Shown: positions 52,617 to 64,000 of the stretch, piece by piece
How the letters are laid out: the number at the start of each line of letters is the position of its first letter
Numbering within the stretch: the stretch's first letter is position 1
Origin: Octopus vulgaris
Taxonomy: Eukaryota
Reading direction: 5' to 3'
Length of the DNA stretch: 64,000 nt
Assembly (NCBI GenBank): GCA_951406725.2
Contig: OX597822.1
Location: 52,204,001-52,268,000 of the forward strand
Translations under genes and position numbers: made by a program
The notes under the pieces: generated by a model
What the model saw: the letters and a program-made list of their open reading frames with translations, nothing else
Database searches by the model: none
Told to the model about the DNA's origin: nothing

Positions 52617-54145
52617 GTTTGGCGTAAATGAATGTATTTTCAGAGCTCTGAGAAAACTGGATAACTGGATTTTTATCAAGTTTTACTGGATAAAAATTTC
52701 ATAAACTGAGAGCATTTATTTCAATACCTAGAGTAAACAAATTGTCTGTCTTTTAAACATCATTTCATTGTTTTGAAAAACTTGTCCTCTCTCTACATTT
52801 TTCGGTATTGTTTCTTCTATTTCTGCTCGAGCGGCAGTAAGAGGCATCAACAAGAAATGTTGTAGCACTGGATACGCCTCTCTCATACAAAAGAAAATGT
52901 CGAAAAGCATTTCAAATATGCAAAAGTGAATTTTTCTTTAAAAAAAAAAGAAGATAAATTGTCTTTGATAGGAGAGAAGATAAAAGTTAAAAATTGACAA
53001 TGAACCAGATAAATGATACATTCGTGAGCAGAGACAGTCACACGCTGAGAGCAGAAAATACTAAGTTGCACTATAGATATAAGAGTATTTGCAAGAGTAA
53101 CTGCAACGGCAATTTATTCGATATAAAAAATGCTAATAAGAGCTATTTTCTAGCATTGCAAACTGTGGAAGATTTTAGACAGATCGATTTCAGTCGAAGA
53201 ATCGGGACAGGTGTATGTTACAAAGTTACATGCCTCTTTGGATGTAGAATGTATCAAAAAGCGGATCGGCTTAAGAGGAAAGTAGCAAAATACTGAACGA
53301 AGAGTAGTGAGGATTTCCAATGTGCTCAAAGTAACACTTAAAGAAAGCTTGGATGTGTCTAACGTGATTTCAGCAAACTGGGTGTGGGAGATGGAAGAAA
53401 AGATAAAGTGCAGGATGAGGAGGATACGAACTTCTGCTGTAAAGGACTATAAAGAACATGAAAGCAATTGACTACAAATAAGATCTGATTTGAAATTCAC
53501 TAAACCGTTATACACAGATCTTTTCTCCACCCCAACAAATTCACATCTGAACTTAAAGTGCAAGAATCACTAAGATTGGTTTGGTATATTCAACTGCAGT
53601 CACCGAGAATCACCAGTATCCGTCGATTAAGCCGAAGCCAATTCTGGAATGATGCTTCATTTTCTTAATCAAGGAAGGATGAAAAGCAAGCTTAAACTCA
53701 TCGAGATTTCAACTCTGAATGCCAAAGTGTCCGAAGAAATGCCATGAGACATTTTTGTAAGACACTAACGACCCACCGCTCAATTCACAGGGTTGAGCAA
53801 AGCCTCCTAAACCGACACCAGTATTTGAATAGGACTTAAACTTATGTTGCAAAACATTTGTTTCATATTGGTTATGAAAATATCATACACAACAGAATCT
53901 TTAAGAAACAAAATATTTGAAGAAGCCGAACTCTCTGCAGCAATCTTTATAATATAGAATGGATTTAATAGAAGTGTTTCACTGCCAGCAACTTGGTCCA
54001 CAACCAAAGCAATATCACTTCGTATCATTAAATGAAGTGGCAGTCGTTAGATTATAATGCCTTGAATTTAAATCTCAGCCTGAGAAACTTTGCTTTCGTG
54101 GACGATAAAAATACAATTAGAATACTAGGGTTGATTTCACTTCCC

Positions 54146-54184
<39 letters not shown>

Positions 54185-55701
54185 CATTCCATATATATAT
54201 ATATCTTCTTCGGGATTGGCTATATTGAGGGGCCAAGAAAAGAGTGTACAAATTCAACTGCCGCCCCAATCTTTTCCCCGACACATTGTAGGCCGTATGT
54301 TGAAAGAATTACAGGAAAAGATCAAGGCAGGAAAACTTAGTTTCTTCACTCCTCCGGAAAACTGAACATAATGAACTCTTCTGAGAGCGTACCGTTTCTC
54401 TGAAGTGTAGAGATAATTTATAGTTTTCTTATTTGATTTCGTTGTATCTTTGGAGGATCCTTATGCCGATAATAGAATTTGTAAACTAGGAGATAGGTAG
54501 ACCTGGAGTGGAGAGGGTATGTCGCTGAAAAGGGCGCGTATGGCAACGAAATAAATGACATGTCAAGCTGACTGGTTGATTGATCGAACGATTTATCATG
54601 CACCTGATTAGTTAAATTATCGAATAGTTAACCAGTTGACTAATAAGAATAAAAGAAGTGAAGTAGAGCCAGTGTGTATATTTATTTTTGGCAAAGCGAC
54701 TCTCCCAAGATACAATAGAACATGTTTCAATATACGATTTTTCATCAGGAATTTTGTAAACCAAATAGAAAAACCAAACATTTACTTGAATAAATTGTTT
54801 TATTCCAATATTGATATTAAAGTTGTGTGATTCTATTGAACAATATTACTGTTATTTTGATTCAATCTGCGTGTTGATTTTTACTTTATATATCGTATTT
54901 GTTGAACAATGACGACATTGGTTATAGGTTACCTACGAACCAATCAATGGTTTACGACATTTCTGATAATATTTTATTGAAGCCGAAATCAAGATTCACC
55001 TTTTGTCTCTTCAAATATAGGATCTAAAGGCGAAATATGAAATTCAGATTCGTAATATTAAAGTTTTACTTTCATCTGAATATTATATCACACTTTGGAA
55101 GATTTAAACAAAGATACGTTAACTGGTTCCTTCAGAAATAAGAAGAGGTCATTGATTGTATTCTTCAACAATGTTTGGTAGTCAAAAGAAACTAACAACG
55201 AACACAACATAAAATGGAAGATCCGGTAGCAATGCAAACCGTATATCAATGACATAGGACACTATCAAATATGCTCGGTTGAAAAAGCTACAATGTTAAA
55301 CAGCATAAAAACTTCAAAGAAATACCTAAATACTCGTTCTGAATTTTTGGCAAATGCCAACACTTTCGCAAGTACTTAATAAAGTTCTGGCACTCTACAA
55401 CACCGTCAATTTAGCTTTATGGAGGCAGATGAAATAGATCATTCTTATGATCTCATAAGAACTTAAACTAGTGATGGAACTGTAGTCTAATAAAATATCC
55501 CTGTACCATCAATTTATATGCTATGTGAAAACACACTTTCTACGTGATTTCTGAATAACTTACATTTATTCTAAAATTTTGAAAACACGTATATGAATAT
55601 ATGAATATATCCACTCAAAGAATATAAAACATTCTTCTATCCGTAGAAAGGTGATAGATATATTGCGTAATTCTTGTTCCCGCGTCGTTTAATTTCATAT
55701 A

Positions 55702-55801
<100 letters not shown>

Positions 55802-56049
55802 CAGGTCATATTTATCTATTTTCCGTAGATTGAAAAAAAATCTTAATCAATTTTCGTATCTTATTGGACTCTCATCAGAGGTTAATTTATTAATTTATTC
55901 TTTTGTGCATTTCAGTCCAAAGATTGTGGCCATGCTGGAGAACCGCCTTTGTGATTTACTATTGGCGTAGGAGGAAGCTTGATATGCCTTCCTCTGAATT
56001 TCTTGCTGTGAAGTAGGTTCATATTGGACCTTGGACAGCTGGAGGTCAA

Positions 56050-56950
56050 ACTGTTTCTTGAAAATATCTACCTATACTCCATGTAGATATTTTGGCAAGA
56101 TATTAAATAGATATAGGCCTTTGAATCCTAAACTATTGCAGAACCCGATCCTCACTCTGGACGGGATGGGTGATGCCTTTGGAATAGTCTAGTGACGTGC
56201 AGTTCAGGGGCTGGTATAACTTCCGATGCCTAAGTTTAGTTGCAAACCCTCAAGAATCTTCCATATGTATACCACCGCATATCTCATCCGTCTTCGCTAC
56301 ATGGAGTAGAGTCGTAACTCTTTCAGTCTCTCTCAGTAGCTCAGCTGTTCCATTGATGCAATCTTCCTGATGTAGCACTGCTGAACTGCTTCAATTTCTG
56401 CCATTAATTTGACCACAGTAGAAAGCAATAGTCTAGACGACTGAAGACAAATGTCCAGACGGCTGAGGACAAATGTTCAGACAGATGAGGACAAATGTCC
56501 TCCATAGAGCTAACATAGTTTCCTAGTCCCTTGTTCTAAAAGTTTTCAGATTCCATCCAGCCATTCGGCAGCAGATTTCCACCATCACGGTGATATGTAC
56601 ATGGAACGAGGAGTCATTGCTCATATTAATCCCCAGATCACACTCTATGTTTGACTCTGGGATTGCAAATCTTTGTGATCCAAACTATCTTTATTGCAGC
56701 ATATTAGTGCAAACTGGATGATAGCAGAATGCTTGAAATTTTCTGCATTAAATTGCATGCTATTTTCTGTAGTCCATTTATATAAGGTGTCTAGGTCTTT
56801 CTGTAGAATATTATCATCGAAAGGTTCCTTGACTAATTTTCCTACTCTTGTATCATGATCATAAATATTAAGAGTGGCTGTCTGTGTAATTGATAGCATG
56901 TCTGAGAGATATACCATAAACAGTAGTGACCCCAAGACAGTCCCTAAGAG
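56050..56950 (-). mobile_element. Decayed CR1/L2-group LINE RT fragment
   Basis: GTVLGSLLFMVYLSDM..IYDHDT (degenerate YADDT), LQKDLDTLYKW..NSMQFNAE. Downstream LYSM*RR and frameshifts. Confidence 0.8.
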
Positions 56951-57075
56951 CAATATATATATATGCATACATACATACATAATGCATACATACATACATA
57001 ATAAATACATATATGTGTCTGTGCATGTATGTATATGTGTGTGTATGTATGTATATATGTATGTATGTACGTGTA

Positions 57076-58361
57076 CAGGGAGGGGAAGCAAAATTTACAA
57101 TGAACGTTAAGTTATTTTTTCTCAGGAGACACTAAATCAATTATTTTGAAACCTAGCATATATTGATGTCATACTCATACCTAACACTATTATACTTACC
57201 TTTTCAGAAACATTTGCCCATATGAGTAATCAGGAAAGCAAAAGTCAAAGAGTGTGTGATTTTCTGAATGCACTCGTCACACCAAAAGAGATTTCAAAAA
57301 TAGTTGGAGTGTCCATAAAGACTATTTATAATGTAAAGAATAGAATGACTATGAGCAAAACTATTACGAGTAAGTCTGGAAGTTGAGGAATCAACAAAAA
57401 ACATACCAAAGCTTTTATTAAAGTTCTCAAATCCAAACTCCTAAAGGATCCAACCAGATCCATGTGAAAAATGGCAATTGAACTTGAGGTAGACAACACG
57501 ACCATTAGAAATGCTGTAAAATATGATTTGAGGTTAAAATCTTACACAAGAACACCAAAACACTTGTTGACAACAGCTATGAAGGAAAACAGATTGGAGA
57601 GGTGCAAGAAAATTATTACATGGTTCAAGAAATAGTCCTCCATTGTAACGATCTTTTCAAATGAAAATATCTTCACTGTCGATGCTGTTCTGAACAGCAG
57701 AAATGACAGATTTATCGCAAAATCAACAGCTGAGGTTAAGGGGACATTCAAAACAAAAGATCCTGCTCAAGTTATGGTTTTTTGGTGTTGTGGCTTCCGA
57801 TAGAAAGAAAATGCCAATAAAATTCTACAAAGCTGATGAAAAGATCAATGTTAATACTTACTACAAGACTCTGAAATACCAGCTATTGCCATGGCTTAAA
57901 GCAAACTACCCAGATGGTAATTATGTATGGACACAGGATGGTGCTCCAGCCCACACAGCTAGAAAAATACAAGATTTCTGCAAATCCAACTTTAGCAATT
58001 TTTTGGAATCATGTTTATGGCCGCCTTCTAGCCCAGATCTAAACTCTCTGGATTATGCTATTTGGGGCATTTTAGAACATGCTACCAATAGAATATCACA
58101 CAGCAATGTCGACTTCCTTAAAGATACTAAAGAAGATTGGGAGAAGTTGTCTCCCGAATATTTGAGGAACGCCTGTGCAAGTCTCAGGAAGCGTGTGAAG
58201 GCAGTTATTGAGAAAGAAGGAGGATACATAGTATAAAAATATTTCTATTATGTAAATTGTCTTGTGGCAAATAGATTCTCATGACTTTCAATAAACAAAT
58301 TGGTCATACACTGTCTTTCAATCCCTGCCTCAAAATATTGCAAATTTTCTTCCCCATCCTG
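57076..58361 (+). mobile_element. Full-length decayed Tc1/mariner transposon, DD37D (maT) family
   Basis: TA-flanked imperfect TIRs CAGGgaGGGGAAG.AAAATTT.CAAT. Transposase ~57222-58236 with stops and frameshifts. IFSNENIFTVD, WTQDGAPAH, WPPSSPDLNSLDY with 37 residues between the 2nd and 3rd Asp. Confidence 0.9.
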
Positions 58362-60239
58362 TATATGTATATAATATATATTACCCATATAATATATAAT
58401 TTATAATAAACATATAGATATATATACATACATACATTCATACATATATACATACAGACCTACATACATACATACATACATACATACATACATACATACA
58501 TACATACATACATACATACATACATACATACATAAGTTCGTACGTACGTACATATACACGCATAGATACATACATATCCATAGGTGTGGGCATGTGTGTG
58601 TATTGGTTTACAGGAATCAGAAGCGTCTCTGTCAATCTTTGTGTATCAGTATTGAGTAATCTGGGCGCCAAAGATATCTATGTCTACTGTAAAGTAGGTG
58701 AACACGATGCAAAGTAGCTTGAAATAGAATTATCTGTTTTCAGTTGTGTCCCATCCAAATACAATTATTTTGATTATGCACTCACATATGCAGCCATTAA
58801 TATATTTACATATTTATGTATTCATTTTTATATATAATTTTATACACATTTTCTGTATAACTCTTATCCTTCTATATTCATACTTTAAGTTAAATAAGCT
58901 CCACGTTATACAGACTTAAGTAATGAATTTTATGTGTAAATATGTACTCATGTTCACATTTAAATTTCTAGATTAGCTTGCATACATAACTATCCATCTT
59001 ACATCTATTTGCATATACAAACGGTGACTGCTCCTTCGCTAATTAACTTATGAAGTAATATAAACATGTATAGACACTTTTCTAAAGCAATTTATTAGTA
59101 TTCCATATCAAAAAAATTTGTGCCGATATATGCTCATAATTACACTCACATAAACACACTAACAGACATTTCCATTAAATTTTCTAGTTAATCAATAACA
59201 CGACGAGTCTGTTGTCCATATAAATTCACTATCATCAACTTATGCCTAGACTAATAGTTTCTCCAAATCAAATTTATTCCGCTTCCATTATTTTAGCCAG
59301 GAATGAAAGAAGATTTCCTGTTGATACAGTCTGACAGTATTGAATGTCACAATTCATGTCAAATCTTAAAGCAATATCAATGCAAAAGCTGGTCGTATTG
59401 AGTGACAGAACTCCGTGGTTAAACGATAGAGAATAGCAACAAGAAAGGCGAAGAATATAATTTAGTTTCATCCTTCTGGTTCCTGACTTCAGATTTCTTC
59501 TATCTCAACTTCGCCTTTTATACTTCTGAGAGTCAATAAAATAAGCTCGGCTCGAGTAGTAAACCTCGCATCACATAACTTTGCCTCAATATTGTATTCT
59601 GGCAATAAAGAACATTATGGGACAGCAGATTGGCACAATCAGTCGCGTGTTGGACAATTTGTTCTACAATGTTTAGTTCAGCATTTTTACGTTCAATTCC
59701 TGCTACGGTCGACTTTTGCCTTTCATCATTTCAATATCGAAAGAGAAAGTATCAGTCACTGAGGTCGATACAATCAATTAAACACCCACTTCCCCACTGA
59801 AATTCATGGTTACGTTTCTATACATGAAATCAATAACACGTATTAAAATGTTTAGTATAACACCTCTAAAACTACATTGTATTTGATACTACATTGTATC
59901 GTATTTCCTTTCCCCACATGATTTTTAGTAAAATAAGTGCTAATGATTCTTTTGTAAATAATTAATGCGAAACTACAGAGTTACCTTTCTAAAGTTAACT
60001 CAGAATATACACAAGTCTAGCAAAAGTACTTGAGTTATTGATCTTGGAATGTTAAATGCACGATCGAATCAGAACTCAGAACATACAGTTAAAGAACAAA
60101 AATACTCTAGTATCACCAGGACGACTATTACTATTTTCCTCAAAGGCATTATATGTTACAGGAATCAATACAAGAGGTTTTGAAGTCTGTGTCTTCTACA
60201 AGACAAACGCACACAGAAACATACAAGCATGTATGTAAG

Positions 60240-60278
<39 letters not shown>

Positions 60279-60640
60279 GTGCATGTATGTACGCGCGTGT
60301 ACATATACATACATATGCGTACGAAGAATATCTAAACCAACCAACTTAGGGTACGTAAGTGCATATCGGTACCCGCTTCGATTATATATCTCCATCAACC
60401 CAAAATTTTATATACACATAAATCTAGTTAATCTATATACAAACATATGTTGTATATATCTGTGTACGTACATATTTGTAATATCTGAAGATTTTGTATT
60501 TGCACGAAGAGAGACTTACTCAGGGTTATGATTCGGTATTTCAGTTTTCGAAAAAAGAATTTGCTAGAATTTAGCGACACAGAGTCAGCAAAACACAGAC
60601 ATACATTCAAATATAGATACATGTATATATGCATACATAC

Positions 60641-60693
<53 letters not shown>

Positions 60694-60812
60694 GGAGTTG
60701 AACGAAGATGTTATTAAAATTCTTTTACTTTCGACATATGTTTCGAAGACAACATAGTTTTATTCCAAAGTAATTATACGGTGTAAAATGCAATCTTCTC
60801 ATCGGTTGACGA

Positions 60813-60855
<43 letters not shown>

Positions 60856-60858
60856 TAC

Positions 60859-60987
<129 letters not shown>

Positions 60988-61314
60988 TAAAGTTAATCGC
61001 CACATCAAAGTCGCTGTTCCATCTTACTACTAGTTTAACCCTAGGCAGATCTTCAGCCAGTTGCTTATCAGTGCGGCGCTGCACCCTGTATATATACATA
61101 TATATTGCTAGCAGGAGAAGTAAACCCCTGCCATCCTCTAGCAGACAACAGGATCGTGACTAAACTGGCAACCCCAGCAAGCTTACTTAGTGAGGAGGGT
61201 GATTGTTGGACACCCTACAGGACGGAAAGTAAGACATATCTAAGGATCTAAGGGCGGAAGAGCTCATGAGTAGTAAACGAACATTCAACATTATGTGTAC
61301 ATATGTATGTGTGT

Positions 61315-61371
<57 letters not shown>

Positions 61372-61453
61372 GGTCCCGGGTTGAGTCGGGGTTAACCACA
61401 GTAAATAAGGTACTCAATACATAGCAGAGTAAATTAATTTATTTTATAGAAGG

Positions 61454-61504
61454 AGCTTCTACAGGACTGGAACTGTTTCATTCAAAAGAAATCATCAGGA
61501 AGCT
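61454..61504 (-). ncRNA. Type I hammerhead ribozyme motif
   Basis: AGCTTC-CTGATGA-tTTC tttt GAAt-GAAA-CAG ttccagtc CTG-TA-GAAGCT: perfect 6-bp stem I, stem III, GUA triplet. U-U at the base of stem II. Confidence 0.7.
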
Positions 61505-61717
61505 AGGTGACAAGAGTAGTTTTGGCATTTATACATTTAGGCAGGTTTAAAGGGGTGGTGGTGGGGGACTTTTTTGGGGTAGGCATGGCGCAAACTATCA
61601 TTCTTAGGGGAGTGGTCAAAGGAATCGGTGGTAAAGTAGATGAAAGAATAAATAAAAGAATAAAAGAATAAATAGAAAAATAGAGTTTTCGGTAAATAAG
61701 GAGACTCTCACTTATAC

Positions 61718-61772
<55 letters not shown>

Positions 61773-62133
61773 CATATACACATACACACACACACACATA
61801 CACATATGTATACATATACATACATACATATACACACATATACATGCATACACATATACATATATACACATACACATACGTACACATACACACATACACC
61901 CATATACACATGTACATATGTACCCATATACATGTATCTACGTACACGCCCATACCCATACTCATACATACACTTATATATGTCTACACACATATATATA
62001 TAAAAGGGGATATACACCCCCATACACACACGCTCCCATATCCATATAAATATATATATATATACACACACATATATATACACACACCCATATACACATA
62101 TATATATATGCACACATACACACATACCTATAC

Positions 62134-62180
<47 letters not shown>

Positions 62181-62672
62181 TATACACACACACATATATA
62201 TGCATATACATGCACACACATACACACACATTTCTTCCCTTATTTTAATTTTATTTTTATTTTTTACTTTAGTTTTTATTTTTATTTTTATCTTGACCTC
62301 GGCAAGCCAGCCCGGCACTGAAGTGATGTCGTCCCAAGGGAACTAGTCTAAAGAGTCCATTTATTGCCCCTCTCCCTTCCTTTTTATCTTTCTACTCACT
62401 GATACGAACACAAACACACACACACGCACACACACTCACACGTACACTCATACACATACACACACGCACGTGTTATATTCATACATACATACATCTACAT
62501 ACATGCACGTATATACACATACGTACACGTACCTACAAATTCATGTCTACACGCATACACATACATCTATACACCAACAGAAGACTAGTCCATACAATAT
62601 ACACAAATAAATATATATACATATACATATACACATACATACACATACATACACACATATATATACATATAC

Positions 62673-62719
<47 letters not shown>

Positions 62720-63404
62720 CACATATACACATATACATACACGTACGCGCATACCTACATATACATACACACATATATACTTACACCAGTCATAACATAC
62801 CTACATACCCATACATCCATATATCTATATATATACATACACGTATATATACACAAGCACATACTAATACACACGCACACACATCTATCTACATATATAA
62901 AAAAGAAACCCAACAAGTCCATACATGTACACACATACACATACATACATGCATATACACATATATACCCATACACATATACACATACATACACATACAC
63001 ATATATATACACACATGTATATATATACATATATACACATACATATACATACACACATGCATACACATACACACACACGCGCATCTATATATACACATAA
63101 GTACATACATGCATAAATGTATACATATGTTTATACATATGCATACACATACACACACACACGCGCATCCTTATATACATAAATACATACATGCATACAA
63201 ACATATGCATATATACATACATGCATACTCAAATAATAAATAATAAATAATAAATATATATACATGCAGTTACCCATTATACAGACGGATACATACATAT
63301 AAACATACACATATATACATATTTACACATATGTATATATACATACATACACATACACATACACATAACTCTACATACCTACATATACATAAACACACAA
63401 GCGT

Positions 63405-63466
<62 letters not shown>

Positions 63467-63696
63467 ACATACATACATATACACACATACATACACATAC
63501 ACATACATATACACGCACGTAAATACACGCACTCACATACATGCGTATATTCCTACTAACACCCATACATTTCTATACATATATACAATACATATATACA
63601 AGTGTACACATACAATATGTGAATAGTCTTAGGAGAAAAGGTAATTGGGGGTGCTGGGGGAACGGTGGGGGTGGGGGGTTTGTGGGTGGGGTGTTG

Positions 63697-63999
63697 TCAA
63701 TCGGGTTGCCGGGTGGGTCTGTAGTTTTTGTAGTTTGCATAAATTTTATGCATGCAATTTGGGGAGTGTTCCGAGATCCTGTTGAGGAGAGGGCCTTTGG
63801 CGAACAAGATCTCCAGGCTCTCAGAAATGCGAAGGTCACAGCAGGTATGGCCTCCTGTGTACGAACGCGCCCTCTGTAGTAGTCTCCACTTGATCTTGAA
63901 GGGGATGGAGTTCCTTTTAAGGTACCAGATGTGGGCGGCGAGGGTAGTTTGGTTGGATTTGTCAGGTCGCCGGAACGAATGTGTGTGGGCGTACCAACG
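63697..63999 (-). CDS. C-terminus of Penelope-like ORF (GIY-YIG endonuclease), open to window edge
   Basis: RWYAHTHSFRR..NQTTLAAHIWYLK..FKIKWRLL..ARSY..CCDLRISE..LLNRISE..NCMHK..*. Homologous to 8580-8879. Confidence 0.75.
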   Translation of the reverse strand, partial: RWYAHTHSFRRPDKSNQTTLAAHIWYLKRNSIPFKIKWRLLQRARSYTGGHTCCDLRISESLEILFAKGPLLNRISEHSPNCMHKIYANYKNYRPTRQPD

Positions 64000-64000
64000 A

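Larger units (their letters stand above)
61370..64000 (-). mobile_element. Penelope-like retroelement 3' portion (continues off right edge)
   Basis: GIY-YIG C-terminus at 63697-63999, ~1.9 kb of degenerate TG/TA repeats, hammerhead at 61454-61504, ends in (TA)n. Confidence 0.85.

Overview
AT-rich, repeat-dense eukaryotic DNA, most likely Octopus (inferred from the tRNA-headed SINE families and very long (TA)n/(TG)n tracts). The main host content is a pair of near-identical minus-strand genes about 24-25 kb apart. Each has a TATA box, a 58-nt signal-peptide exon and one giant exon of tandem 37-aa six-cysteine pacifastin/VWC-like modules. Copy 2 is complete: exons 31374-31317, 29102-24169 and 23665-23648, about 1669 aa and 44 modules. 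Copy 1 (7571-7514, 3996-<1) runs off the left edge. The central arrays are 444-bp units ordered differently in the two copies. The rest is transposon debris: Penelope-like elements with GIY-YIG remnants, microsatellite-filled 3' regions and type I hammerhead ribozyme motifs (one element with a 5' inversion), Helitrons (one with a PIF1 helicase C-terminus), a full-length decayed DD37D/maT transposon, CR1/L2-like RT fragments, many SINEs and simple repeats. Nearly all other ORFs in the supplied track are microsatellite or antisense artefacts. All calls were made by eye, without database searches.
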